A DNA stretch of 64,000 nucleotides from an uncultured Chloroflexia bacterium (GCA_963774265.1 CAVZDU010000010.1:160001-224000), one strand, 5' to 3'. Counted from the first letter of the stretch, positions 9,632 through 20,687 are shown. Notes: a model not told the origin generated them from the letters alone. Translations and numbers: made by a program.

Positions 9632-10435
9632 ATGTCGTTGCATGACTTCTGGCGATTGCCCGCACGCGCCGGCAAACGCCTGGCTCGTATCGACCTTATT
9701 CTGATCCCATGCGCGCTGGCGTTGTTCATCGGTGGGTGGCACCTGCTGGTTCAGTGGCGCCAGTACCCGTCGTTCATCCTGCCCAGCCCGCGCCTCGTTT
9801 GGTCGCGCTTGCTGTCGCTGCTGGCAGATGGCACCCTGGCTTCTCACATAGGGGTAACGCTTTTCGAGGTTTTTGGTGGGTTAGCCTTGGGTCTGACGGT
9901 GGCCCTGGTTGTCGGATATGGGCTTGCCAAATCGCCTCTTCTGGAGAAAGTGCTTTCGCCCTATATCGTAGCCTCTCAGGCCGTGCCCATCGTCGCCATC
10001 GCCCCGCTGCTCGTCATTTGGTTTGGCTTCGGGTGGACCTCGAAGGTCCTGGTGTGTGCGTTGACTGTCTTTTTTCCTGCCCTGGTCAACACCATCGTCG
10101 GCATCCGGTCGGTCGAACCCGACTTGCGCGCCCTCATGCGCTCGCTGCAGGCGGACCATTGGCAGACATTCACCAGGCTTGAGGCGCCCGCCGCACTGCC
10201 CGTGCTCTTCGGCGGACTAAAGGTATCGGTCACCCTGGCCGTGATCGGGGCAGTCGTGGGCGAGTTCGTGGGATCTGACCGGGGACTCGGGTTCCTGATT
10301 AATCTGGCACGTGGGACGCTAGACACGCCGATGTTGTTCGTCGCGTTGTTCACGCTCGTAGTCATCGCTTTGCTGTTGTACTCCGCCGTGGCTGCACTGG
10401 AATACTACGTGCTGGCATGGCGGCGCGCGACTTAA
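9632..10435 (+). CDS. ribX: ABC permease (NitT/TauT type), riboflavin transporter RibX
   Basis: ILPSP, QAVPIVAIAPLL..WFG and AVVGEFVGSDRGLG; sits under the FMN riboswitch. Confidence 0.8.
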   Translation: MSLHDFWRLPARAGKRLARIDLILIPCALALFIGGWHLLVQWRQYPSFILPSPRLVWSRLLSLLADGTLASHIGVTLFEVFGGLALGLTVALVVGYGLAKSPLLEKVLSPYIVASQAVPIVAIAPLLVIWFGFGWTSKVLVCALTVFFPALVNTIVGIRSVEPDLRALMRSLQADHWQTFTRLEAPAALPVLFGGLKVSVTLAVIGAVVGEFVGSDRGLGFLINLARGTLDTPMLFVALFTLVVIALLLYSAVAALEYYVLAWRRAT

Positions 10436-10457
10436 GAAAGCACCCCGTGGAGGGATT

Positions 10458-11516
10458 ATGAAACGCACAGTTGTGGTCATCCTGATCGGTCTCCTGTTGC
10501 TGGCAGCCTGTGTCCCGACGCCAGCAACCCCCGCAGTGCCGGCCGCGTCGAACGTAGCGCCCGCGACTGTGCAGGCTGCTCCGTCTGCCACGGCAGCATC
10601 CAAAGACGATCAGCCGCTGACCAGCATCACGTTGGCAATGGGCTATATTCCAAGCGTGCAGTTTGCACCGTTCTATGTGGCTCAGGAGCGTGGCTATTTT
10701 GAACAGGCCGGGCTGGATGTATCGTTCCGCTACGGGTTTGAGACGGATCTCTTGAAGCTGGTTGGCACCAACGAGCTTCAGTTCATGATCGGCAGCGGCG
10801 AGGAAGTGGTTTTGGGTCGCAGCCAGGGCCTGCCCGTTCGCTACGTCATGCGTTGGTACCGGAAGTTCCCTGCGGTGCTCTTCGCCAAGGTGAGCAGTGG
10901 CATCAGGTCTCCCAAGGATCTCGCCGGCAAGAAGCTTGGTCTGCCAGGCTTGTTCGGGGCGAACTTTGTGGGATGGGAAGCCCTGGTTTATGCGGCAGGA
11001 ATAGACGAAAAGCAGGTGTCGGTACAGAGCATCGGCTTCACCCAGGCGACCGCGGTCAGTCAGGGCCTGGTGGACGCAGCGATGGACTATATCGTGAATG
11101 GCCCCGTGCAATTGCGCCTCGCTGGTGAGGATGTCGTGGTGCTGCCCGTGTCGGACTACATCGACCTGCCGTCGAACGGGATCATTACCAACGATCAGAC
11201 CATCCGCGAGAAGCCTGAATTGGTGCAGGCGTTGGTGACCGTGTTGTCCTTGGGGCTGCGCGACACGCTCAAGGATCCGGATGGGGCGTTCGAGGCCAGC
11301 TTGCGCGCCGTGCCCGAAGCAGGTGGCGAGCAGGCCACGGTCAGCCGTGCCATTTTCGACGAGTCTCTCAAGCTGTGGCAGGCGACCGACGACGAGTTGG
11401 GTTTGTCGGACGCGGCATCGTGGGAGAAGGCGGCCCAGTTCATGAAAGAGATGGGATTGATCCAGGTCGATGTCGCGGCCACGGATCTATTTACCAACGA
11501 GTTTGTCGCACCGTGA
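10458..11516 (+). CDS. ribY: NMT1/THI5-family substrate-binding lipoprotein, riboflavin-binding RibY
   Basis: Lipobox LLAAC, MGYIPSVQFAPFYVA..GYF and PKDLAGKKLG; FMN-riboswitch context matches the RibXY system of Chloroflexota. Confidence 0.82.
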   Translation: MKRTVVVILIGLLLLAACVPTPATPAVPAASNVAPATVQAAPSATAASKDDQPLTSITLAMGYIPSVQFAPFYVAQERGYFEQAGLDVSFRYGFETDLLKLVGTNELQFMIGSGEEVVLGRSQGLPVRYVMRWYRKFPAVLFAKVSSGIRSPKDLAGKKLGLPGLFGANFVGWEALVYAAGIDEKQVSVQSIGFTQATAVSQGLVDAAMDYIVNGPVQLRLAGEDVVVLPVSDYIDLPSNGIITNDQTIREKPELVQALVTVLSLGLRDTLKDPDGAFEASLRAVPEAGGEQATVSRAIFDESLKLWQATDDELGLSDAASWEKAAQFMKEMGLIQVDVAATDLFTNEFVAP

Positions 11517-12270
11517 CTCTGATCCTGGAAGCGCGTCACCTGCGCATGACTTTCTACGATTCAAACCGGGCGGACCTGTTGGCACTCGATGACATGTCTT
11601 TGGACGTGGAAGAGGGCGAGTTTCTGGCGATTGTTGGACCGTCCGGTTGCGGCAAGAGCACCTTGCTCCGTCTGCTGGCTGGGCTGCTCCGCCCCATTGC
11701 CGGGAGCGTTCTGCTGCGTGGTCAGCCTCTGACCGAACCACGCCGCGAGATCGGCTACGTGTTCCAGCGCGCGAATCTGATGCCATGGCGAACGGTACTG
11801 TCAAACATCGCATTGCCGCTCGAGATTGCGCACGTGCCCCAGGGCGAAGCGTCCGAACGGGCCCGGGACCTCATTTCTCTGGTTGGCCTGGACGGCTTCG
11901 CGGAATCGTATCCTGCGCAGCTCTCCGGCGGGATGCAGCAGCGCGTGTCCCTTGCCCCGCGCTGATCCACGAGCCGACTGTGCTCCTGCTGGATGAGCCG
12001 TTTGGCTCGCTGGATGCGCTGACGCGTGAGCGGATGAATGCCGAGTTGTTGCGCATCTGGAATCTGCGCAAGCCCACCGTGGTCATGGTGACGCACAGCA
12101 TCAGCGAGGCCGTGTTTCTGTCCGACCGCGTGCTGGTGCTGACCGCGCGTCCGGGGCGCGTCCGCGCCGCTTTCGGGGTGCCGCTCCCACGGCCGCGAAA
12201 CCAAGGACTAACCACCGATCCGGAGTTCCTGAAAGTCACGCGAGCAGTTCGAGCGGAGATTGTTGACTGA
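11513..12270 (+). CDS. ABC ATPase (NitT/TauT), frameshift near 11955
   Basis: GPSGCGKST and LSGGMQQR, then after the shift [11 protein letters not shown] and VTHS. Confidence 0.9.
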
Positions 12271-12374
12271 GCGTTTGACGCTTAGGTGCGAAACTCGTTG
12301 CAATTCTCACCCGACCGTGCTAACATGGGCGTGGCCTGGCGGCCAAATCACGCTGCAAGGTGGCGTCCACCATC

Positions 12375-13889
12375 ATGGAAGATCCCCAACTGTTGAAGAT
12401 CCTCTACCTGTCCGCCGAATGTGTGCCGTTTGCCAAGACCGGTGGGCTGGCGGACGTTGCCGGTTCACTGCCAAAGGCCGTCCGAGGGTTAGGACACGAT
12501 ATTCGAATCATGATGCCGCGCTACGGCCGGGTGGAAAGCGATAAGTTCGGCCTCAAGCCATTGATCCGCCACTTGGATGTGCCGATGGATGAGCGCACTG
12601 AGCCTGCATCGGTGCTCGAGTCGAGTATTGGCTCTGCCGCGGGCAAGACGCCCGTACTGTTTGTGAACAGCGAGCGTTACTTCGACCGGCAGGGCATCTA
12701 CATGTACCCTGATGATGCAGAACGTTTCATCTTTTTCTCGCGCGCCGCTTTGGAAATATGCCGAGTGCTTGACTGGCAGCCCCATGTGATCCATTGTAAT
12801 GAGTGGCATACTGCACTCATTCCGAATTGGCTCAAGTCGGTTTACGCGGCCGATCCTTTCTACCGGGACATTGCATCTTTGTACACCGCGCACAACCTGG
12901 AGTACCAGGGGATCTTCGGGCAACGCATCCTGGAAATCGCGGGCCTGGCTGACATGGGATTCATAGCGCATCCTGATATCGCACCCGACCTGAACTACGT
13001 GGTCGATCTCATGGCGCGTGGTATCCTATTTGCCGATATCATCAACACGGTGAGTGAAACGTATGCACGCGAAATCCTGACTCCGGAACTCGGTCAGGGA
13101 TTGGACCCGGTGTTGAGGGATCGCCGTGACCGGCTGTACGGCATCTTGAATGGGATCGATACGGAGTTGTATGACCCGGCAACTGATCGAAGTATTGCCG
13201 TTAACTTCGATGCCAATGGGGCCGAGTTGCGTTTAGCGAACAAATCCGCACTCCAGGCCGAGTTGAAGCTGCCCGTCCGGCCCGACATTCCGCTGATCGG
13301 CGCGGTGTCCAGACTGACGGATCAGAAGGGCTTCGATTTGATCAGCGCTGTGGCCGACTCGCTTCTGCAAAACATCCCTTGCCAGCTTGTGGTGATGGGC
13401 ACTGGCGAAGTGAGGCATCATGAAATGTTGAGCGGGCTGGCTGGTCGTTATCCCGATCAGGTTTCCGTACAATTAACCTTCAACCGACCGCTCGAACAGC
13501 GCATCTATGCGGGCAGCGATATCTTTTTGATGCCTTCCCGCTCCGAGCCCTGCGGTCTGAACCAGATGGTCGCCATGCGCTACGGCGCGGTGCCCGTCGT
13601 TCATGCGACCGGGGGACTTGCCGACACGGTGCAGGATTACGACGCTTGCACGGGTGCCGGCAACGGTTTCAGCTTCGAGCGCTATGATTCCATGGCCTTA
13701 TTCGCCGCCTTGGTGCGGGCTACGGAGATCTATCGGAACAAGGAGATCTGGCGCCAATTGATGCGGCGGTGCATGATGGCCGACTTTTCCTGGCGGCGGT
13801 CGGCTGAGAAATATGTCGATCTGTACTACCGCGCGTTGGCGGCGCGGCGACAGGCAAACCGACCCTTGAGCGAGTACGCGCTCCCATAG
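12375..13889 (+). CDS. glgA: Glycogen synthase
   Basis: PFAKTGGLADV, HCNEWHT, GILNGID, SRLTDQKG, MPSRSEPCGLNQ and TGGLADTV. Confidence 0.97.
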   Translation: MEDPQLLKILYLSAECVPFAKTGGLADVAGSLPKAVRGLGHDIRIMMPRYGRVESDKFGLKPLIRHLDVPMDERTEPASVLESSIGSAAGKTPVLFVNSERYFDRQGIYMYPDDAERFIFFSRAALEICRVLDWQPHVIHCNEWHTALIPNWLKSVYAADPFYRDIASLYTAHNLEYQGIFGQRILEIAGLADMGFIAHPDIAPDLNYVVDLMARGILFADIINTVSETYAREILTPELGQGLDPVLRDRRDRLYGILNGIDTELYDPATDRSIAVNFDANGAELRLANKSALQAELKLPVRPDIPLIGAVSRLTDQKGFDLISAVADSLLQNIPCQLVVMGTGEVRHHEMLSGLAGRYPDQVSVQLTFNRPLEQRIYAGSDIFLMPSRSEPCGLNQMVAMRYGAVPVVHATGGLADTVQDYDACTGAGNGFSFERYDSMALFAALVRATEIYRNKEIWRQLMRRCMMADFSWRRSAEKYVDLYYRALAARRQANRPLSEYALP

Positions 13890-13908
13890 AGGCACGGAGA
13901 GGCACAGG

Positions 13909-15105
13909 TTGAAGACAGAGCGCTTATTTTATCAAGATGCTTGCCTGAAGGAGTTTGATGCGCAAGTCTTGACGCGTCAGGTCATGAATGGCAGGCCGGC
14001 GGTCGTGTTGGATCGAACCGCGTTCTATCCGACCGGCGGAGGACAGCCGAATGACCTTGGGGTGGTGGTGGCGGCAGTTGAGGGCCCCATGCGGGTTCTC
14101 GATGTCCTTGCCGAGGACGGTGCTATCTGGCACGTGCTGGATGGTGAGCTTCGGAACGACACGGTCCATGGCACGGTGGATTGGGATCGACGGCTCGATC
14201 ACATGCAACAGCACACGGGACAGCATGTTCTGTCGCAGGCCTTCGTCGAAGAATGCGACGCGGAAACCGTGGCGTTTCATCTGGGCGAGAGATACAGCAC
14301 CATCGATCTCAACCGGGTAGACCTGGACGCCATGGCGCTGGTGCGTGCAGAAGCAGCGGCTAATGCCATTGTGGATGCCGCGCTGTCGGTCACTGCCACA
14401 TTCGTGACGCCCGAAGAGCTGGCGCGCTTGCCATTGCGCAAGCCCCCAAAGGTCACGGAGAACATCCGCATCGTCCAGGTTGAAGGATTCGACTGGTCGG
14501 CCTGCGGCGGGACCCATGTGGCCAACACGAGCCAGATCGGAATGGTCAAGATCATCGGGACCGAACGCCGGGGGTCTGAGTTACGGGTGACCTTCCTGTG
14601 TGGGCGGCGGGCGCGTGCGGATTACGCCCGGTTGAAGGCACTTGCCCAAGGCCTGGTTGCCCGCTACACTGCCGCAGAAGACGACATCCTGGAATTGCTT
14701 GACCGGCGAGCTGAAGAGCTGGACTTGCTACGTAAAGATGTCGTCGAATTGGAGCGGCAGTGGTCCGCATCCACCGCGGCTGAGCTGTGGTCCAAAGCGC
14801 AGGAGCGGGGTGCGATTCGCCTGGTGGCAGTCACATTGGACATCAGTGTCGACCGGGCCAAGAAGGTCGCCCAGGATCTGCGGGCGCGGCCGGGGGTCGT
14901 GGTGTGTATCGGCGTTCGCGGAGAGCGGCCACAGATTATCGTGACCCGTTCGGATGACATTGTCGCTGATTCGGCCCAACTCCTGCGAGTCGCGGTGGCT
15001 GCTGGTGGAGGCCGGGGGGGCGGACGACCTGACTGGGCGCAAGGCGGTGTGCCCACTAATGAGGCATTGGAAGCAGCGCTCAGCGCTGTGATGCAGGCGA
15101 TCTAA
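13909..15105 (+). CDS. Alanyl-tRNA editing protein AlaX-L (with DHHA1 domain)
   Basis: TAFYPTGGGQPND, MQQHTGQH, CGGTH and C-terminal GGRGGG..AQGG. Confidence 0.92.
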   Translation: MKTERLFYQDACLKEFDAQVLTRQVMNGRPAVVLDRTAFYPTGGGQPNDLGVVVAAVEGPMRVLDVLAEDGAIWHVLDGELRNDTVHGTVDWDRRLDHMQQHTGQHVLSQAFVEECDAETVAFHLGERYSTIDLNRVDLDAMALVRAEAAANAIVDAALSVTATFVTPEELARLPLRKPPKVTENIRIVQVEGFDWSACGGTHVANTSQIGMVKIIGTERRGSELRVTFLCGRRARADYARLKALAQGLVARYTAAEDDILELLDRRAEELDLLRKDVVELERQWSASTAAELWSKAQERGAIRLVAVTLDISVDRAKKVAQDLRARPGVVVCIGVRGERPQIIVTRSDDIVADSAQLLRVAVAAGGGRGGGRPDWAQGGVPTNEALEAALSAVMQAI

Positions 15106-15115
15106 GGACTGACGT

Positions 15116-16015
15116 ATGCGAGAGATTTCTCCTGGCATTTTTGTCGAGACCGACCAACGCGGGGCAAACTATAGCGCGATCCTGACCACCGACGGTTTTG
15201 TCGTCATCGACAGCCCGATCGTTCCAAAGCAGGCCATCGCGTTCCGCGATGAGTTGAAACGGATCGCAGGTGGTAAGCCCTTCCTGTACATCATAAACAC
15301 TGACCACCACCGCGGTCACATCGTGGGCAATCAGTACTTTATACCGACGCCGGTGATCTCGCACGATATCGCCTGGAAGCATATGAAAGGTTACGGCGAA
15401 AACTTCAAACAACGCGTCATCGATTCATTCAAAAAGGAGCCGGAGATCCAGGCGCAATTTACCGACATTCACATCATCGTCCCCAAGATCACCTTTTCGC
15501 ATCGGCTTGACATCGTGCGCGGGGGCCGCGATATCCGCATCATCCGTATCGGAGGACACACTGCGGCGACATCCGCCGTCTGGTTGCCGATTGAGAAGAT
15601 TCTGTTCGTGGGTGATGCGGTGTGGGTGGATCAACATCCCTATATGGCGCAGGGCAACTCGAAAGAATGGTTGGATGGATTGACCTACATCCGCAAGCAG
15701 CGTTCGGATCAGATTGTGCCGGGCCGCGGGCCTGTGTGCGGCCGCGAAGGCACAGAACGCATGTCGGAATACATTCGCTATATGCGTGCGCGTGTGCGCA
15801 CTTTCCATCGGCAGGGTCGGACGAAGCAAGAGACCGTGCAAACCGTGCTGCGCGAGATGGTTGGCTGGTTCCCCATCCAGCCTGCGCTTAAGTCCAAGAC
15901 CGAATCGCAGATCAAGCAGGGTATCGGCCGCATCTGGAATGAGATGGAGAAGGCCGCCAAGCTCAAGGATATAGCCGAACTCGAGCCTGAGCCGGAAGAA
16001 CAGGGAGACGAGTAG
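15116..16015 (+). CDS. MBL-fold metallo-hydrolase (cyclase-like)
   Basis: INTDHHRGH (variant metal motif), GGHT, LFVGD and IVPGRG. Confidence 0.85.
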   Translation: MREISPGIFVETDQRGANYSAILTTDGFVVIDSPIVPKQAIAFRDELKRIAGGKPFLYIINTDHHRGHIVGNQYFIPTPVISHDIAWKHMKGYGENFKQRVIDSFKKEPEIQAQFTDIHIIVPKITFSHRLDIVRGGRDIRIIRIGGHTAATSAVWLPIEKILFVGDAVWVDQHPYMAQGNSKEWLDGLTYIRKQRSDQIVPGRGPVCGREGTERMSEYIRYMRARVRTFHRQGRTKQETVQTVLREMVGWFPIQPALKSKTESQIKQGIGRIWNEMEKAAKLKDIAELEPEPEEQGDE

Positions 16016-16019
16016 GTCA

Positions 16020-16973
16020 ATGGCTCAGACGATCCAGATAGGGCAAGTGACTCCTGCGGATGAGCTGCGGGAGTTGCTCACGGTCGCCGAAAAACGGGTG
16101 GCCAACGTTTGGGGTAGTGGCGAGAGCAGCCTGGCGCTGTTGACGGAGCTGGATCGCATTGATGTCCTCTGGCCCGCGCTCGAGGCGCAGGGAATGGATC
16201 TCCGTCCGGAGGCCGGGCGCTGGCAGACGCTTCAGGCATCCGTCGACCGGCGTGCCGGAGCAATCCTTTCCGATTTGCGCGCCGTTGGAGGCATCGACAA
16301 GGCGCGCCTGGAGATGCACCCCGAGGGAACCGACGCACCCTGGTGGCGGCTCGACGATCTCGTACGCGGAGTCAACCTGCGCCGGTTCCGAAAAACGGGG
16401 CTGCTACTTGGCGGTCTGGCCGTGCTCGGTGCGGTGCTGTACTTCGGCTTGCGCCTGCTCTTTCCGGTCGATCCAAAGGTGGCTGAGGCGGGTCGGCTTA
16501 CAGGCATCGGTGACCAATTGATACAGGGGCAAGCTGATTTTCCCGGCGCCCTCGCAGAGTTCGAACAGGCGGCTGCACTCACGCCGGACGATCCGGAGGT
16601 GTTGCTTCGCGTCGGAGTTGTGCAGGAGAAAACCGGCAATGCGGCCGCGGAGGAGTCGTATACTCGTGCACGTGCACTCCTAGCCGATGACGTCATCTTC
16701 CAGCAGACGCGCGCCTATGTCTACCTCATGTTTGGCATGATCGACCAGGCCGAGCAGGATCTTCAAGCTGCTTTGGCGGCGAGACCTCGTGATCCGGTCA
16801 CGTGGTACGAGCTGGCATCGGTGTTCGAGCTTCGAGGAGAGATCAGAGACGCGATGGACGCCCTCGAAAGAGTCGACGAATATGCGACTGAGGCAGGACA
16901 CATCGAGATGAGCGCGACTGCACGGTATCGCCGGGGTATGTTAATGCAGCAACTTGGTGTTCAACAGCAATAG
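16020..16973 (+). CDS. Membrane-anchored TPR protein
   Basis: Central TM helix followed by TPR-like repeats (ALAEFEQAAALTPDDPE, AEQDLQAALAARPRDP). Confidence 0.8.
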   Translation: MAQTIQIGQVTPADELRELLTVAEKRVANVWGSGESSLALLTELDRIDVLWPALEAQGMDLRPEAGRWQTLQASVDRRAGAILSDLRAVGGIDKARLEMHPEGTDAPWWRLDDLVRGVNLRRFRKTGLLLGGLAVLGAVLYFGLRLLFPVDPKVAEAGRLTGIGDQLIQGQADFPGALAEFEQAAALTPDDPEVLLRVGVVQEKTGNAAAEESYTRARALLADDVIFQQTRAYVYLMFGMIDQAEQDLQAALAARPRDPVTWYELASVFELRGEIRDAMDALERVDEYATEAGHIEMSATARYRRGMLMQQLGVQQQ

Positions 16974-17884
16974 GAAAACAATTCCATCAGCGCAGGCGCA
17001 ACGTCGGGCAGGCTCCGCAGCGTTGCGGCGACCTGGCGGCGATAGACCGGTGCGCCAACCAGCAGCGCCGGCACAGGGTTAGTGGTGTGGCCGCGCGTGC
17101 TCAAGTCTTCCATGTTGCCATGGTCTGAGGTGAGCAAGATCAGACCACTCTCATCGTCCCACGCACTCAGCAGTCCGCCCAGCATCTCATCGACGCTTCT
17201 CAGCAAATTCACGGCTTCTGTCATGTCCTGCCGGTGTCCCGCATAGTCGCTCAGCCAGTACTCGAAGAACGAGAGGTCGCTCTCTCCGGCCAGCCGTGCC
17301 ATGCGCTCCCCGGCTTCCCGAGGGGTGAGCAGAGGCGTGTCACATAGCCCCAAGCGATCGCGCCAGCCTTGACCGGTGAAGTCGGCCGAGACGGCGCGGC
17401 CGGCCCTCAAGTCTTCCACCGTGCCTAACGCCAGGCCAGCGCTCACCACGGCTTGGGGGATAGACGAGTAGACTCGACGGCGAGACTCGATAGCGGCAAA
17501 GTAGGCGGGCGGATAGGCGTTCAAAAACGCAGCGCGTCTTCCCATCTGACGCACCGTGTGAAACAGATTGCCGTTGGACAGAAGCGTGACGATCGCCTGG
17601 CTGGGCCACGGTCCGTAATGGCCTCCGATGAGTGCGGGTACATTTTGCCCCGTGAGGAGGGCGGCCTGTCCGCTGCCTGACTGCGGCATGCCTGGAACGC
17701 TAAGGCAAGCATCCAGGCTCACCACAGTTGCCCGTCGCGTGACCAGGGGCTCCACCCCGGCAACCAATCGTTCGCCTTCGAGCAGCCGCGTCAGGTTGGG
17801 CAGCGGTGCTTTGGCGAAAGGGTTAATCGCAGGATCATCCCGGCCAAGCCCAATACCGTCCAGAAAAAGGAAAAGGATTCTCAC
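16961..17884 (-). CDS. Alkaline-phosphatase-superfamily metalloenzyme (cofactor-independent PGM-like)
   Basis: FLDGIGLG, PQSGSGQ, DYAGH, TSDHGN and HTTNPVP. Confidence 0.85.
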   Translation of the reverse strand: MRILFLFLDGIGLGRDDPAINPFAKAPLPNLTRLLEGERLVAGVEPLVTRRATVVSLDACLSVPGMPQSGSGQAALLTGQNVPALIGGHYGPWPSQAIVTLLSNGNLFHTVRQMGRRAAFLNAYPPAYFAAIESRRRVYSSIPQAVVSAGLALGTVEDLRAGRAVSADFTGQGWRDRLGLCDTPLLTPREAGERMARLAGESDLSFFEYWLSDYAGHRQDMTEAVNLLRSVDEMLGGLLSAWDDESGLILLTSDHGNMEDLSTRGHTTNPVPALLVGAPVYRRQVAATLRSLPDVAPALMELFSYCC

Positions 17885-18039
17885 ACAAATGCTTCTCAAT
17901 CCAGGAAATGACAGCTGCATCTTACGCGCGAGTTCCCGGGGACACAGCGAGAGGGGTTACTTTCGCAAAAGCCACGGCTGGCGTATTATGTCTGCATAGA
18001 GAGCTATCGCTCATCTCGTTCCGGAACGAAAGAGGAGCT

Positions 18040-18561
18040 ATGAGACCTGATTTGGCATTCTGGCTAGCCCTGGTCGCGATGGTGATAGGTCTGGCAGGCA
18101 CGGTGCTGCCCGCCCTGCCAGGGATCGCGCTAATTTGGATCGCGGCAGCGATCTACGCCATTGCCGAGGGCTTTGCGACTCTGACTCCGCTGGCATTCGG
18201 TGTGTTGACCGTCCTGGCCGTCATCGGCCTTGTGTCAGAGTTCTTTCTGACGCAGGCCGCAACACGGGTATCAGGCGCCTCACCAAAGGCTGCTTTGGCG
18301 GGCGCGGTGGGTGGCGCCATCGGATTCGTTCTAGGTTCGCTGATCGGCGGTGTTGGCGCCGCACCCGGGGGTATTATTGGGGCTCTCGTGGGCGTTGTCC
18401 TGGTTGAGTACCTCAACAGGAAGAACTTGCGCGACGCAGTGCGGGCCGGCGGCGGTTGGTTGGCAGGATGCCTTGCCTCGCGGCTGGCTCAGTTCGTGAT
18501 TGCGCTGGCAATGGTCGTTATTTTTGTATGGCAGGCCGGGTTCCGGGGAATTTGGGGCTAG
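18040..18561 (+). CDS. DUF456 family membrane protein
   Basis: GLAGTVLPALPG and a Gly-rich hydrophobic pattern; AGGAG SD. Confidence 0.8.
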   Translation: MRPDLAFWLALVAMVIGLAGTVLPALPGIALIWIAAAIYAIAEGFATLTPLAFGVLTVLAVIGLVSEFFLTQAATRVSGASPKAALAGAVGGAIGFVLGSLIGGVGAAPGGIIGALVGVVLVEYLNRKNLRDAVRAGGGWLAGCLASRLAQFVIALAMVVIFVWQAGFRGIWG

Positions 18562-18597
18562 GCCGTCGAACGCGTGTCCGTGCTGCGCGGGATATGT

Positions 18598-19458
18598 TCA
18601 TTGCATCAACGAACTCATCGCAAGCCAGTCATCGCCGTGTCCTTCGACCTGTACATTCTGCCGTGCGAACCCTGTGCCGACGATCGCCTCGATCGCAGCT
18701 CGGGCGTCCGCTTTGCTCCACCCGAACAGCAGATTCGCCTGTTTGGCTTGCGCGGCGCCCACTGACATGAGGTAGAACTCGACCAGCTTGATTCGGGCGT
18801 CGCTCTGCCGGATGGCGCGAGCGCGCTCGAGAAGGTCGGGATACCAGCGGTGTACGCATTCGTAATTGAAAGCATACTTCCATCGGCCGACCTCAGCCAC
18901 ACCAACCGGCAGAATCTTGAAATCAGCCTGTAGAAACTCGATCGCTCGGTTGAAAGGGGAATCGCTCGTGCGCGCGGTCATACGCGCCCGCCGTCGGATC
19001 TCCGGGGTGTCTAGCGGGCCATCCTGCAACAGCACTTCGTACACCGTCTTCGCGTCGTGGGTGAGCTGCCCGGCCTTGTACTGGTCCAGGTAGTCTTGCT
19101 CCGGCTCTCCGAAGTTCTCCGACAAAGCGTAAAAGGATGGCGCAACGTCCAGCGAAATGATTGTGGCCTTCTTTCGTAGCACTTTGCCATAGTACCACTG
19201 GCGTGCAGGCAGCAATTCGTCTTTCCAACCCCATGTCACGTGGCCGGGGTCGTCATGCTCGTCCGCAACAGGCCGTTCGCCCGCAACTGCGGTCCATAAG
19301 GCGGGTAGCGTGATGTCCTTGATCGGCCAGAAGTAGATGAAACCACGCTCATTGACATAACTGATAGCCTGCTCTTTGGTTCGCAGCTTCAGCTCGGGAG
19401 ATAGGCGAAACGTGTCCCTGCGGTAGTCGAGGATTCGCTGATACGAAAGACCGGTCAT
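18598..19458 (-). CDS. AlkZ/YcaQ-related winged-helix protein (putative crosslink-repair glycosylase relative)
   Basis: WGWKDEL..WYYGKVL..KATIIS and wHTH-like segments. Confidence 0.6.
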   Translation of the reverse strand: MTGLSYQRILDYRRDTFRLSPELKLRTKEQAISYVNERGFIYFWPIKDITLPALWTAVAGERPVADEHDDPGHVTWGWKDELLPARQWYYGKVLRKKATIISLDVAPSFYALSENFGEPEQDYLDQYKAGQLTHDAKTVYEVLLQDGPLDTPEIRRRARMTARTSDSPFNRAIEFLQADFKILPVGVAEVGRWKYAFNYECVHRWYPDLLERARAIRQSDARIKLVEFYLMSVGAAQAKQANLLFGWSKADARAAIEAIVGTGFARQNVQVEGHGDDWLAMSSLMQ

Positions 19459-19575
19459 CGGTCGATTATAGCACCGGGGAGCGAAGGCACAAAGGTTCTA
19501 GCAACCGGTGATGTGCTGCTTTGTGCCTTCGCGCTCACCGCGCTGCACGGGCGCAGCGCGAGTGTCGACCTCTAT

Positions 19576-20541
19576 CTATTGTGGCCTGTTCGCGAGGATC
19601 ACTTCGATCCTGTCCAGCACCTCATCGGTCAGTTTCGGCAGGACATCCAACGCTTTCATGTTTTCGTGGACCTGCTCCGGGCGACTTGCGCCGGTGATCA
19701 CCGAGCTCACATTCGGGTTCGTCAGGCACCATGCCAGCGCCAGTTGCGCCAGCGTGCAATCGAGTTCATCCGCAAGCGGTTTGAGCTGCTTGACCTTCTC
19801 GATGCGCTCAGGCTTGATGGCTGAGTTGCGCAGCCATTCGTAGCCTTGCAGGCTCGCCCTGCTCCCCTCCGGCACGCCCTCGTTGTATTTGCCGGTCAGC
19901 ACGCCGGATGCGAGCGGGCTCCAGATAGTCGTGCCATACCCTAGCTCTTTGTAGAGTATGTCGTACTCGCTCTCGAATCGATCGCGCACCAGCATGTTGT
20001 ATTGCGGCTGTTCCATACTGGGTGGGGTCAGGTTGTATTGGCGCGCGACCGCGTCTGCTCGCATGATCTCCGCCGCACTCCACTCGGACGTGCCCCAGTA
20101 GAAAATCTTACCCTGCTTCACCAGGATGTCCATCGCGCGGACGGTCTCTTCGATGGGCGTCTCGGGGTCCGGACGATGACAGAAGCACAGGTCGACGTAG
20201 TCCGTCTGCAGGCGCCGCAGCGCATTGTGTACGCCCTCAATGATGTGCTTATGCGAGAGGCCGGTTTGATTTGGGCCCTGACCGCCCCAGAAAATCTTGG
20301 TCGAAATAACAAGATTCTCGCGCTTCCAGCCGAGCTTTTTGATGGCGTTCCCCATGACGATCTCGGCATTGCCTTCTGCGTAGCCCTCCGCATTGTCAAA
20401 GAAGTTCACGCCGTATTCGTACGCGGCCGCCATGCAAGATGTCGCCGCTTCCTGTCCTACCTGGCCGCCGTAGGTCACCCATGCGCCCAACGAGAGCTCG
20501 CTCAGCTTCAATCCTGACTTCCCCAAACGTCGATAGTTCAC
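19576..20541 (-). CDS. Aldo/keto reductase (Kv-beta-like)
   Basis: YRRLGKSGLKLSELSLG, FFDNAEGY, LQTDYVDL, WGTSEW and WSPLASG. Confidence 0.95.
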   Translation of the reverse strand: MNYRRLGKSGLKLSELSLGAWVTYGGQVGQEAATSCMAAAYEYGVNFFDNAEGYAEGNAEIVMGNAIKKLGWKRENLVISTKIFWGGQGPNQTGLSHKHIIEGVHNALRRLQTDYVDLCFCHRPDPETPIEETVRAMDILVKQGKIFYWGTSEWSAAEIMRADAVARQYNLTPPSMEQPQYNMLVRDRFESEYDILYKELGYGTTIWSPLASGVLTGKYNEGVPEGSRASLQGYEWLRNSAIKPERIEKVKQLKPLADELDCTLAQLALAWCLTNPNVSSVITGASRPEQVHENMKALDVLPKLTDEVLDRIEVILANRPQ

Positions 20542-20687
20542 GTGTCTTCCTCCCGAGAAAGAAATCGATTGGATTTTGCCGTGATTATACACCCCTTGAC
20601 TATTGCATCCGATCCTGGCTCTGACCGCTGTTCGATTCCATGCAAACTATGCTAAAATCGGCCAAAGGACGTATGAGGAGATGCCCC

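Noticed and set aside
11940-11970. Programmed frameshifting in split genes
   Set aside because: No slippery heptamer or stimulatory structure, and the indels are scattered over unrelated genes; sequencing error is more parsimonious.
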